DNA of 64,000 bases. Origin: an uncultured Opitutaceae bacterium (GTDB taxonomy: Bacteria > Verrucomicrobiota > Verrucomicrobiia > Opitutales > Opitutaceae). Every line of letters starts with the position of its first letter. The first letter of the stretch is position 1. The notes beneath the pieces were generated by a model, which worked only from the letters and a program-made list of their open reading frames with translations, did not search any database and was not told where the DNA came from. Location of the stretch: positions 1-64,000 of the forward strand of contig CALFNN010000080.1 of the NCBI GenBank assembly GCA_937902925.1. The letters are read 5' to 3'. A program made the position numbers and the translations under genes. Of this stretch, positions 17,547 through 26,838 are shown one piece after another.

Positions 17547-17618
17547 AATCGTTCTCGTTCTTCGTTCTCTTACTCGTTCTCGATTGTAGAACCGCGGGAA
17601 AAAGAGAACGAGAACGAT
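17547..17618. repeat. perfect 15-bp inverted repeat (aatcgttctcgttct / agaacgagaacgatt) with TCGTTCT tandem units, between E1 stop and kdsC start
   Basis: Arms at 17547-17561 and 17604-17618; loop contains further tcgttct units. Confidence 0.65.
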
Positions 17619-19652
17619 TTAGCCCATCCAAACGGCGATTTGTTCGATGACCTTTTCCTTCGTCGGCCGGAAGGCGCCCTCGAGCTCGGGGGCGAAGGGC
17701 ACCGGGAGGTCGAGAGCGGCGATCCGGAGCGGGGCGGCTTTCAGCGTGGCAAAATGTTTCTCGGTCAGCCGCGCGACAAGCTCGGCGCCGAAGCCGTGGG
17801 TGCGGCGGCCCTCGTGCAATACGATCAGCCGACCGGTGCGCGCGAGCGAAGTCTCGATCGAGTCGAGTCGCAGCGGCGAGAGTGCGCGCAGGTCGAAGAG
17901 GTCGAACGTTTTTTCGTATTCGGCGGCGAAGTAATCGCAGGCCTCTCCGGCGAGGAGGGTCATTTCGCCATAGGTCACCATCGTCGCGTGGTTGCCGGAG
18001 CGGAGTTGCTTCGGCTGCCAGATCTCGCGGTAGTTCGGGTCCCACCCGACGGGCGCACGACCGCGGCGATAGAGGGCCTTGTGCTCGAAGAGGAGGACGG
18101 GGTTGTTGTCCTCGTAAGCGGCGAGGAGGGCGTTGAAGGCGTCCTGCGGCGTGCTGGGGTAGAGCGCCTTGAAGCCGGGCATCGAAAGGAACGTGGACTC
18201 GAGCTCCTGCGAATGAAACGAGCCGAACGTCAGCCCGCCGCCGCACGGCAGCCGGAGCACGAGCGGGCAGGTGGCGCCGGAGCGGAAGTGCATCGTGGCG
18301 GCGTTGAGCGTGAGCTGGGTGAACGCCTCCGTCGAAAAATCGGCGAACTGGAATTCCTCGATGGGCCGGTGGCCGTTGAGCGCCAGGCCGATCGCGTAGC
18401 CGGTGCAGGCGCTTTCGGCGAGCGGGGTGTTGAAGACGCGCGGGCGGCCGAAGTCGGCGAGGAGGCCCTCGGTGACCTTGAACGCGCCGCCGTAGGTCGC
18501 GATGTCCTGACCGAGCACGAGCGACTCGGGGCGCTCGGCAAGGATTTTGCGCAGGCCGTGGTTGAGCGCCTGCGCGAGCGTGAGCGATTCGGGCGTGGCG
18601 GGTTCGGGTTTCCACGGGAGCGGTGGCGAGGGCGGGGCGAAGAGACCGGCCTCCATGCCGGCGGGATTGGGGCGCGGCGTGGGGAGGGAAACGTTGACGC
18701 AGGCTTCGAGAAAAGCGTCCAGCTCGGCGTCGAGCGCGTCGAGACGGGCGACGCCGAGCGAAGCGGCGAGGGTGGCGCGGAATTTCGGCAGCGGATCGCG
18801 GGCGAAAAATCCCTCGCTCTCGCCGGGCTTCAGATAATCGCAGGTATCGTAGGCGGCGTGGCCGCGCAGCCGCAGCGTCCGCGCCTCGACGAGGACGGGA
18901 CGAGAAGTCGCGCGGACCTTCGCGATGGCGGCGGCGAGCGTGTGCGCCGTGCCGACGATGTCGGTGGCGTCGACGGCGAAGCCCTCCATCTGGTAGCCGG
19001 CGGCGCGGCGCCAGAGCTCCGTGCCGGCGGCGAACTGTTCGCTGACGGGCGTCGAGTAGGCGTAGGCGTTGTTCTCGATCACGAAGATGACGGGCAGCGA
19101 GAGCAGCGAGGCGAGGTTGAGCGACTCGTGCGTGTCGCCGGTGCTCGAGGCGCCATCGCCGAAAAACGTGAAGCCGACCGCGGGGCGGCCGAGGCGGCGC
19201 TGGGAATCGGTCGCGCCGGCGACGTTGGAGAGCATCGTGCCGAGATGGCTGATCATCGGCAGCGACCGGTGCGAGGGATCGCCGTGGTGGATGTTGCCCT
19301 CTCGGGCGTGGGTCGGGCTGCCGGCGTTGGCGAAATACTGGTTGAGGTGGTCGCAGAGGTGACCGCTCCAGATGAGGTGGCCGCCGAGGCCGCGGTGCGT
19401 GAACGAGACGACGTCGGTCGCCTTGTCGGCGAGGAGCGCGAGCGGGATGACGAGGCCCTCGTTGCCCTGGCCGCCGGTGACGGTGCCGCGAATGAGGCCC
19501 TGGCGAAACAGGTCGAGGATGCGGTTGTCCGCGGTGCGGGCGAGGTGCATCCACGCGTAGAGGCGCAGGAGGGCGGCGGGGGAATTGTTCTCGAGTTCCG
19601 CGGGGCGCAGGTCGCGCTCCGCCAGGACGGCGGGAGGAGTCGGAAAGGCCAT
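17619..19652 (-). CDS. fused 2-oxoacid dehydrogenase E1 component alpha/beta (TPP-dependent)
   Basis: N-terminal half has the E1-alpha TPP motif (GDGASSTGDTHESLNLASLLSLPVIFVIENN); C-terminal half is a transketolase-like E1-beta (VLGQDIATYGGAFKVTEGLLADFG...). Confidence 0.85.
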   Translation of the reverse strand: MAFPTPPAVLAERDLRPAELENNSPAALLRLYAWMHLARTADNRILDLFRQGLIRGTVTGGQGNEGLVIPLALLADKATDVVSFTHRGLGGHLIWSGHLCDHLNQYFANAGSPTHAREGNIHHGDPSHRSLPMISHLGTMLSNVAGATDSQRRLGRPAVGFTFFGDGASSTGDTHESLNLASLLSLPVIFVIENNAYAYSTPVSEQFAAGTELWRRAAGYQMEGFAVDATDIVGTAHTLAAAIAKVRATSRPVLVEARTLRLRGHAAYDTCDYLKPGESEGFFARDPLPKFRATLAASLGVARLDALDAELDAFLEACVNVSLPTPRPNPAGMEAGLFAPPSPPLPWKPEPATPESLTLAQALNHGLRKILAERPESLVLGQDIATYGGAFKVTEGLLADFGRPRVFNTPLAESACTGYAIGLALNGHRPIEEFQFADFSTEAFTQLTLNAATMHFRSGATCPLVLRLPCGGGLTFGSFHSQELESTFLSMPGFKALYPSTPQDAFNALLAAYEDNNPVLLFEHKALYRRGRAPVGWDPNYREIWQPKQLRSGNHATMVTYGEMTLLAGEACDYFAAEYEKTFDLFDLRALSPLRLDSIETSLARTGRLIVLHEGRRTHGFGAELVARLTEKHFATLKAAPLRIAALDLPVPFAPELEGAFRPTKEKVIEQIAVWMG

Positions 19653-19783
19653 GAACTTTGGCGCCGACGGTGAAGGGGCGGTGCGGCGCGGGCAAGCGAG
19701 AGATTTTTCGGCGAGCGGACGCGAGTCACGGGATACCCCGCAAACCGCCCCCGCCCCCGCTCATCGCCGGCCTCCGCTCGGAC

Positions 19784-19810
19784 AGTTTGTCAACTAATAG
19801 TTGACAAACT
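19784..19810. promoter_or_regulatory. palindromic box TTGTCAAC-TAATA-GTTGACAA, copy 1, in the divergent E1 / ABC-exporter intergenic region
   Basis: 11-bp perfect inverted arms with 5-bp AT spacer; the same 21-mer recurs at 46526-46546. Confidence 0.5.
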
Positions 19811-20044
19811 ATTTGGGGCGGATCGGGAAAAAGATGATGCGGACCGGCGTGCTGGCGGGCCAACGAGCCGGCGGGGCGGAGGAAAGTGGGAGCGGAGGGG
19901 CGACGCACCGGCAGGCGGCGGTGGGCGGCGGTGGGCGGCGGGTGGGGCGAAGGGTGGCAGGGTGGCGGGGCGCGGGGAAATGGCCGGGGGGCGGGGAAGC
20001 GGGCGACTTGACGACCGGGGGGCGCGCCCGGAACGTGGCGGCGC

Positions 20045-21922
20045 GTGAAATTCCCGCATCCGCCGCCCGTGAAGAGTCAGCGCAAGGACTCGCCACCGTT
20101 TTTCACGCGTGTGGCGGGAAGTTTTTCCCACACGCCGCGGACGCTGGCGCTCGCGTGGCGTTCATCGCCGGGCGGGCTGGTGTGGGTCGCACTGCTCGTC
20201 GTGGCGTCCTCGGTGCTGCCGGTGAGCGTCGCATGGGTGGGCAAGGTGATCGTCGACGCGGTCGTGGCGGCGCATGGCTCGACCGGGGCGATCCACGATG
20301 CGGCCGTCACGAAGGTGTGGCATTGGGTGCTCGTCGAGTGCGGGCTCGTCGTGGGCATGGGCCTGGTGGAACGCAGCGTCGGGCTCGTGCGCCAGCTCGT
20401 CGGCTCGCGGCTCGCGATCGATCTCGCGGTGATGATCATGGAGAAGGCGCTGACGCTCGACCTGCGGCATTTCGAGGACGCGCCGTTCTACGACAAGCTC
20501 ACGCGCGCGCGGCGGGAGGCGTCGTCGCGGCCGCTGTCGCTCGTGCAGCAGAATTTCCAGATCGTGCGCAGCGTGCTGACGCTGGCGGGCTACGCGGCGC
20601 TGCTGCTGAGCTTCAGCCCGTGGGTGGTGGCGGGCCTGCTGCTCGCGGGCGTGCCGGCGTTCGTGGCGGAGGCGCGGTTCTCCGGTGCCGCCTACCGGTT
20701 GCGCAACTGGCGTTCGCCGGACGCGCGGCGGCTCAACTACCTCGAATACGTGATCGGCAACGACGAGCACGCGAAGGAAGTGAAGCTCTTCGGGCTCGGG
20801 CCGCTGCTGCTGGAACGCTACCAGAAACTCGCGGAGATGTTTTTCGTCGAGGACCGGAAGCTCGCGGTGAGCCGCGCGGGATGGACGTTTCTCCTGTCAC
20901 TGATCAGCACGGCCGCGTTTTACGGATGCTATGTGGCGGTCGCGCTCGGAGCGGCGGCGGGGCGGGTGTCGCTCGGCGAGATGACGCTCTATGTCGTGGC
21001 GTTCCGGCAAGGGCAGGGGGCGTTCCAGTCGATCCTGTCGGCGCTCGGCGGGATGTATGAGGACAACCTGTATATGGCGAATCTGTTCGAGTTTCTGGAC
21101 ATGCCGACCGGGCGGGACGCAGAGCGGTTGACGCCGGCGCGGGTGGCGGCGCAACCGGTGCGGGTGGAGAAAGGCATCCGGTTCGAGGGCGTGGGCTTTC
21201 GGTATCCGGGCAAGACGGAGTGGGCGCTGCGTGGCGTGTCAGTGTTCATCCCCGAGGGTCAGAGCCTAGCCCTCGTCGGGCAGAACGGCGCGGGCAAGAC
21301 GACGTTCATCAAGCTGCTCACGCGCCTCTATGAACCGACCGAAGGCCGGGTATTGCTCGACGGGCGCGACCTGGCGGACTGGGACGAGGCGGCGCTGCGG
21401 CGGCGCGTGGGAGTGATTTTCCAGGATTTCAACCAGTATCAATTCGCGCTGCGGGAAAACGTCGGGTTCGGGAGCGTCGAGCACGTGACGGACGACGCGC
21501 GGATCGGGCGGGCGGTGGACCGCGGCGGGGCGCGCGAGTTCGTGGCGACGCTGGCGGCGGGACTCGAGACGCAGCTTGGACACTGGTTCAACGACGGCGC
21601 GGAGTTGTCGGGCGGGCAATGGCAGCGCGTGGGGCTGGCGCGGGCGTTCATGCGCGAGGAGGCGGACATCCTCGTGCTCGACGAGCCGACGGCGGCGCTC
21701 GACGCGGAGGCGGAGCACGCGATCTTCGAGCGGTTCCGGACGCTGACGCGCGGGCGCACGGCGATTCTGATTTCGCATCGGTTTCCGACTGTGCGCATGG
21801 CGGATCGGATCCTGGTGATCGAAGGCGGCGCCATCCGTGAGCAGGGCACGCACGCGGAGCTGCTGGCAAACGGCGGGATCTACGCGCGGCTGTTTTCGCT
21901 GCAGGCGGAAGGGTATCGGTAG
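20045..21922 (+). CDS. ABC exporter, fused permease/ATP-binding protein (MsbA-like)
   Basis: Six-TM N-terminal domain then Walker A LVGQNGAGKTTFIKLL, LSGGQWQRVGLARAF, Walker B ILVLDEPTAALD. Start may be downstream of 20045. Confidence 0.85.
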   Translation: MKFPHPPPVKSQRKDSPPFFTRVAGSFSHTPRTLALAWRSSPGGLVWVALLVVASSVLPVSVAWVGKVIVDAVVAAHGSTGAIHDAAVTKVWHWVLVECGLVVGMGLVERSVGLVRQLVGSRLAIDLAVMIMEKALTLDLRHFEDAPFYDKLTRARREASSRPLSLVQQNFQIVRSVLTLAGYAALLLSFSPWVVAGLLLAGVPAFVAEARFSGAAYRLRNWRSPDARRLNYLEYVIGNDEHAKEVKLFGLGPLLLERYQKLAEMFFVEDRKLAVSRAGWTFLLSLISTAAFYGCYVAVALGAAAGRVSLGEMTLYVVAFRQGQGAFQSILSALGGMYEDNLYMANLFEFLDMPTGRDAERLTPARVAAQPVRVEKGIRFEGVGFRYPGKTEWALRGVSVFIPEGQSLALVGQNGAGKTTFIKLLTRLYEPTEGRVLLDGRDLADWDEAALRRRVGVIFQDFNQYQFALRENVGFGSVEHVTDDARIGRAVDRGGAREFVATLAAGLETQLGHWFNDGAELSGGQWQRVGLARAFMREEADILVLDEPTAALDAEAEHAIFERFRTLTRGRTAILISHRFPTVRMADRILVIEGGAIREQGTHAELLANGGIYARLFSLQAEGYR

Positions 21923-22013
21923 GGGCCAAGAGAGAGGCGGTGCGACGCTGGAACCCAGGGCGGCTCGGAGAACCGCCCCCACCTTACGGAGTTTCGGTTT
22001 CCATCCGGACGAC

Positions 22014-22901
22014 TTATCCGCGCGGGGTCGTTGCCAGTTCCCTGGCGATTTGTGCGACCGCGTCGGGCGGCACCACGAGTTGCCAATTTGGTCCGTCCCG
22101 GTGAAGGGACAGATAGGTCACACTCGTCCGTTGATCATCAGGTGCGCGCGGCGGCTGGCGCTCGGGATGGGCGGCGCGGTCTGCCTTCTGTTGCAAGGCC
22201 AGGCGCGCTGTTTCTTCCCGACCCAGTGGCAGCGGCGTTTCAGGTTGCGGCACGTCGGGCGCGGCGGCTTCTCCTGGCATTGGCGGACGCTGGAGGAACA
22301 ATCCGACGGTCGCGTCGTTTTCGCCGCGTTGATTGAACCACACGAGCTGAGCCTCACCGAGAGGGATGTTCTTAATCGTGAATGCGGAGATCAGGTCCTC
22401 CGGCGTCGGATAAAGGGCGCGCGTCTCCGCCGGCAATTTCGCCAATAGCGAATCGGCGGCCTGGCGGGTGTCGTCGCCGACCGATAGAAGCCGCCTCAAG
22501 GTGAAGACGTCGCCGCCCGCGGCTGCCCAGAGCGCAGTCTCGACCGCGGCGTGCGGCGTGGCCTGGCCGCGATTCTTCCATTCGCGAGCGGGAGTCCACT
22601 GGCCGATCGGAAGCGCCGCCGGGGGCGTTGACGGCGTCGCGGGCGGCACGTCGATTTCATTTTGCAGTCGGGCGGATTCGGCGGTGGCGCGGCGCTGGGA
22701 CTCGAGTTCGCCGGCGGCCGGTTGCAGTGCGCGCAGCCGGTCCCGCTCGCGTTGCAGGTCGAGCAATTCCCGCTGTTGGCCGCGCTGTGCGTCGATCGCA
22801 GCAGTTAGTTGGCTGGTCGAGAATCGCTCGATGACCCAGGTCGCGGCGAGCGCGACCGACACCGCGAGAAGCAGGATGGTTTTCATCGGCTGCCAAACCA
22901 A
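22014..22901 (-). CDS. hypothetical membrane-anchored protein
   Basis: N-terminal TM helix, coiled-coil segment; downstream partner of the sigma-fusion gene at 22883-24100 and overlaps it slightly. Confidence 0.5.
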   Translation of the reverse strand: MVWQPMKTILLLAVSVALAATWVIERFSTSQLTAAIDAQRGQQRELLDLQRERDRLRALQPAAGELESQRRATAESARLQNEIDVPPATPSTPPAALPIGQWTPAREWKNRGQATPHAAVETALWAAAGGDVFTLRRLLSVGDDTRQAADSLLAKLPAETRALYPTPEDLISAFTIKNIPLGEAQLVWFNQRGENDATVGLFLQRPPMPGEAAAPDVPQPETPLPLGREETARLALQQKADRAAHPERQPPRAPDDQRTSVTYLSLHRDGPNWQLVVPPDAVAQIARELATTPRG

Positions 22902-24100
22902 GAGAAGCCCATCTTCGGATCCGGCGTGGCATCGCTTTCGACGACCACGTGGCTGATCCGGTTCCGACGCGCCTGGTCGATCGCGTAGGCGAGTTGGGAG
23001 AATTCCGAAAGTCCATTGATCCCGAGCGAAGCCCCGCCATCCGGCGCGGTCTGCTGCAGCGCCTTTAAGCGCGCAAGGAACTGCTGCAGATTCACCGGTT
23101 CGGAGCCCCAGCGGAGAGTGCCATTGGCCTGCACCGTGACGGTCGCCTGCGCGGGTGGGTTTAGGGCGGACGCCGTGGCCGTGGGTGCGACCTTGACGGA
23201 CGCGGCCGGGCGCTCCGCGGCGAGGCGGCGCAGATCGTCGGCTTCGGCGACGCGCCGGGCGAGCTCATGGTTTTCCGCCTGCAAGGCTGCGCCCGTGCGT
23301 TGCCCGGATTGGAGCTGGGCGAGTTCGGTTTCGAGTTGGCGGTTGACGCGGTGTTGGTGGGTCACGGCAAACGTGCCGAGGAGCAGCGCCGCGCCGACGG
23401 CGAGACCCGGGCCGAGCAGCGCGGCGAAACCCGAGCCCGCGCCGGCGGCCGCTCCCTGGGCCAGCGCGTGACCGGCGATCCGGGTCGCAAGGCCGGCGGG
23501 CGTGATGCCGGGCGCGAGTTCAACCAGCGCCAGCGTCAGCATCGCGGTCGTGGACGTGACGCCGCGGCGGGCGAGTCCGACGCGCAATTTTTCGAGTGCG
23601 CGGTCGACACGTTTGCGTGCGGCCTCTTCGCTCAGCCGCAAGGCGGCGCCCACTTCGGCGAAACTCCGTTGCTCGAAAAAGCGCAGCGCAATCGCCTCGC
23701 GATCCTCGTCGCGCAGGGTGACGATGGCTTCATCCAGCTCCGGACGCAGGTGGTTCCATTCGGGCGGCGGCGTCGAATCGTCGAGGAGCGTTTGCATGGT
23801 GTGGGCGGCGGCTTCGCGCGCCTTGCGGCGGCGTTCGGTGCGCACGACCTCCGCCGTGGCGACGTGCGTGCTGACGTAGAGCCAGCCGGAGAGACTCGCG
23901 CGGCCGGAGAGGGATGCGGCCTTGCGCGCCAGATCGGCGAAGACTTTTTGGGTGACGTCCTCGGCGAGGTGCGTGTCACCACCGACGCGGCGCAGCGAAG
24001 CGGAATAAACAAGGCCGACATGGCGGTGGACCAATTCGGCGAAAGCGGCCTCCGAGCGATCCTCGGCATAGCGGCGGAGCAGTTCGGCGTCGTGGGTCAT
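22883..24100 (-). CDS. ECF sigma-70 factor fused to TM helix, coiled coil and ExbD/TolR-like C-terminal domain
   Basis: MTHDAELLRRYAEDRSEAAFAELVHRHVGLVYSASLRRVGG (region 2), LRFFEQRSFAEVGAALRLSEEAARKRVDRALEKL (region 4), TM segment, coiled coil, then VTVQANGTLRWGSEPVNLQQFLARLKALQQ...ISHVVVESD resembling ExbD/TolR periplasmic domain. First 150 codons of the track ORF are Arg/Pro run-on; start at cat 24098-24100. Confidence 0.65.
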   Translation of the reverse strand: MTHDAELLRRYAEDRSEAAFAELVHRHVGLVYSASLRRVGGDTHLAEDVTQKVFADLARKAASLSGRASLSGWLYVSTHVATAEVVRTERRRKAREAAAHTMQTLLDDSTPPPEWNHLRPELDEAIVTLRDEDREAIALRFFEQRSFAEVGAALRLSEEAARKRVDRALEKLRVGLARRGVTSTTAMLTLALVELAPGITPAGLATRIAGHALAQGAAAGAGSGFAALLGPGLAVGAALLLGTFAVTHQHRVNRQLETELAQLQSGQRTGAALQAENHELARRVAEADDLRRLAAERPAASVKVAPTATASALNPPAQATVTVQANGTLRWGSEPVNLQQFLARLKALQQTAPDGGASLGINGLSEFSQLAYAIDQARRNRISHVVVESDATPDPKMGFSWFGSR

Positions 24101-24156
24101 GATGGATTGCCCAATGGCTGCCGCCGGGATGAAAACCGGACAAAAAAATCGCGAAA

Positions 24157-24840
24157 TCAGATTTCGATCGTCTCGCCGGCGCCCAGGACGCGGACGGTGT
24201 GGCCCGCAGCGAGGGCGGACTTCGCGAAGGCGTGCGGGTCCTGGCGGATTTTGTCCGTGGTGTCGTAGTGCATCGGCACGGCGAGTTTCGGACGGAGGAG
24301 ATTCAGCGCCTCGACGGCGTCGGCGGGGCCCATCGTGTAACGGTCGCCGATGGGCACGAGCGCCGCGTCGAGGCCGTGGCGGCCGATGAGCCGCATGTCG
24401 CCGAAGAGCGCGGTGTCGCCGGCGTGATAAAGCGATTTGCTGCCGGCGCGGATGAGATAGCCGCCGGGGACGCCCATGGGTTTGTTTTCGCCGCCGGGAA
24501 GCTCGAGCGCCGAGCTGTGGACCGCGGGCGTCATCGTGAGGCGGCCCCACGACAGGTCGATACCGCCGCCGGGCATGAGGTCGAGCGCGGTGGCACCCTG
24601 CGCCGCGAAATGCTCCGCGAGTTCGTAGGGGGCGACGATGGTCGCGCCATGCAGCCGGGCGAGAGCAAGGGCGTCGCAGATGTGATCTTCATGCGCGTGG
24701 GTGCAGAGAATGAAGTCGCACGGCACGCGGTCGAGCGGGACGCGACCGTGGGGGTTGTCGGTCAGATACGGATCGAGGACGAGCCGCGCGCCGGGAACCT
24801 CGACGAGGAAGCAGGAGTGGCCGAAGTAGGTGAGCTTCAT
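24157..24840 (-). CDS. metal-dependent hydrolase, MBL fold (UPF0173 family)
   Basis: MKLTYFGHSCFLVE...DPYL...CTHAHEDH motif typical of the UPF0173 beta-lactamase-fold family. Confidence 0.85.
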   Translation of the reverse strand: MKLTYFGHSCFLVEVPGARLVLDPYLTDNPHGRVPLDRVPCDFILCTHAHEDHICDALALARLHGATIVAPYELAEHFAAQGATALDLMPGGGIDLSWGRLTMTPAVHSSALELPGGENKPMGVPGGYLIRAGSKSLYHAGDTALFGDMRLIGRHGLDAALVPIGDRYTMGPADAVEALNLLRPKLAVPMHYDTTDKIRQDPHAFAKSALAAGHTVRVLGAGETIEI

Positions 24841-24956
24841 CGAAGAATGCTCAAATCACAAAGCGCCAAACGACAAAGGACCCCGGGCGCGGGTTTTCAA
24901 TTGGCGATTGAGAGTTGCGGCTGCTTTGGAATTTGGATCTTTGCTTTCTGGGATTT

Positions 24957-25949
24957 TCAGTCGGCGACGGGCTTGGAGATCGCGTCGAGGCGTTTCAGCA
25001 CGGCGGGGGTGAGCTGGTCGAGGAGGTCGAGCGCGCCGAGGTTTTCCGTGAGCTGCTCCACGCGGGAGGCGCCGAGGATGACGGTGCTCACCTGCGGGTT
25101 CTTCAGGCACCACGCGAGCGCGAGTCGCGGGAGCGACGTGCCGAGCTCGGCGGCGACGGCGGCAAACTTCGGGACGGCGGCGAGTTTTTTCTCGATGCCG
25201 GGCTGCTTGAGAATCAGGTCGCGGAGCCACTCCATGCCGGGCGCATCGAGGCGGGAGTTTTTCGGGACGCCGGCGTTGTATTTGCCGGTGAGGAGGCCGG
25301 AGCCGAGCGGCGACCAGATCGTGGTGCCGAGGCCGGTGGCGGAGGAGTAGAGCGCGGCGTATTCCTTTTCGACGCGCGAGCGGTGGAGGAGATTGTATTG
25401 CGGCTGCTCGACGATGGGCGCGTGGAGATTGTGCTCGGCGCAGGCGCGCTGGGCGGCGGCGATCTGGGCGGAGCTCCATTCGCTCGTGCCCCAGTAGAGC
25501 ACCTTGCCCTGCACGATGAGGTCGTGCATCGCGCGGGCGGTTTCGAGGACCGGCACGCGGTCGTCGGGACGGTGGCAATAGTAGAGATCGAGGTGGTCGA
25601 CCTGGAGACGGCGGAGCGCGTCGTGGCACGCCTCGACAACGTGTTTGCGGGAGAGGCCGGATTGGTTGGGTTTGTCGTCTTCCCAGCCGAAATAGACCTT
25701 GCTGGAGACGAGATAGCTGCTGCGCCGCCAGCCGGATTTTTTGAGGATGGCGCCCATCACGAGTTCGGCCTGGCCGTCGGCATAGGCCTCGGCGTTGTCG
25801 AAGAAATTCACGCCGGCGTCATACGCGGCGTGAAGAAGCTGTTTCGCGACGGGATCGCCGATTTGTTTCCCGAAAGTAACCCAGGCGCCGAAGGACAGCG
25901 CGCTGACTTGCAGGCCGGATTTGCCGAGCGGACGGTAGAGCATGCTCAT
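24957..25949 (-). CDS. aldo/keto reductase (Kv-beta/YajO-like)
   Basis: MLYRPLGKSGLQVSALSFGAW...DNAEAYADGQAE...LYYCHRPD...TSEW are AKR family hallmarks. Confidence 0.9.
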   Translation of the reverse strand: MSMLYRPLGKSGLQVSALSFGAWVTFGKQIGDPVAKQLLHAAYDAGVNFFDNAEAYADGQAELVMGAILKKSGWRRSSYLVSSKVYFGWEDDKPNQSGLSRKHVVEACHDALRRLQVDHLDLYYCHRPDDRVPVLETARAMHDLIVQGKVLYWGTSEWSSAQIAAAQRACAEHNLHAPIVEQPQYNLLHRSRVEKEYAALYSSATGLGTTIWSPLGSGLLTGKYNAGVPKNSRLDAPGMEWLRDLILKQPGIEKKLAAVPKFAAVAAELGTSLPRLALAWCLKNPQVSTVILGASRVEQLTENLGALDLLDQLTPAVLKRLDAISKPVAD

Positions 25950-25980
25950 GCGCGCAGCATGAGCGGCCCCGCCCGATTGT

Positions 25981-26613
25981 CTAACGACTAATGCTCAGGC
26001 CGGCCTGCAACCAATCCTGCGCGGATGCGACATCCGCCGGCGTGAGGGCGTGACTCGCCGGGTGGGTGCGCAGGGTGACCTCGGCGCCGCCGGCGCGAAG
26101 CAGGGCGGCGAGGCGGGGCGGGTGATCGGGCGGGACGAGCGGGTCGGTGGTGCCGCTGGCGAGCAAGGCGCGCTTGCCGGCAAGCGCGCCGGGCGCGGCA
26201 GGCTGGTCGAGGACCACCATCGCCCGGAAGAGCACGGCGGCGCCCAGCGACTCGGGACGGAGAAGGAGGAGCGTCGCAGCGATGTTGGCGCCGTTGGAGA
26301 AGCCGACGGCGGTGAGCCGGGCAGGCTCGAAGCCGTATTGTTTCGCGGCAGCGGCGAGGAAATCGGCGAGTCCGTGCGTGCGCTGCTCGACCTCGGCGGG
26401 ATCGAAGACCCCCTCGGCGAGCCGGGCGAAAAAGCGCCGGGCGCCACCCTCGCTGACATCGCCGCGCGGGCTGAGCAGCGCCGAGCCCGGGGAGAGCGTG
26501 CGGCCGAGGCGCAGGAGATCCTGCTCGTTGCCGCCGGTGCCGTGCAGCAGGAGCAGCGGGGGAGCGGCGGGAACGGTGCCGGGTTCGAAAATATGATGGT
26601 AGGCGAGGGCCAT
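25981..26613 (-). CDS. alpha/beta hydrolase (phospholipase/carboxylesterase family)
   Basis: LLLLHGTGGNEQDL...GFSNGANIAATLLL nucleophile elbow GxSxG context, ~210 aa. Confidence 0.8.
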   Translation of the reverse strand: MALAYHHIFEPGTVPAAPPLLLLHGTGGNEQDLLRLGRTLSPGSALLSPRGDVSEGGARRFFARLAEGVFDPAEVEQRTHGLADFLAAAAKQYGFEPARLTAVGFSNGANIAATLLLLRPESLGAAVLFRAMVVLDQPAAPGALAGKRALLASGTTDPLVPPDHPPRLAALLRAGGAEVTLRTHPASHALTPADVASAQDWLQAGLSISR

Positions 26614-26838
26614 TGTTCGAGAGAGACGGCGGAGCGGTGGAAGAGATGCAAATAAGCCAAAGATGACCCGGAGTCAAAAAACGCCGGGTGGCGGGGACGA
26701 AAACCGGCAAGCTTCGCCGAGGTCCAAGGCCGAAGCGGGCGAACGCGCACGCGGCGCCGGATCGGCGGACCGCAAGGCGTCGGGGTGTCCCCGGTAATTT
26801 TCCCGGCGGAGACGGACGATGACGCCGGTCAAAGCCGA

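Noticed and set aside
20045-20110. Alternative downstream start for the ABC exporter
   Set aside because: N-terminus before the first TM is somewhat long, but no in-frame ATG exists before the first TM helix. Kept the track start and flagged it as uncertain.
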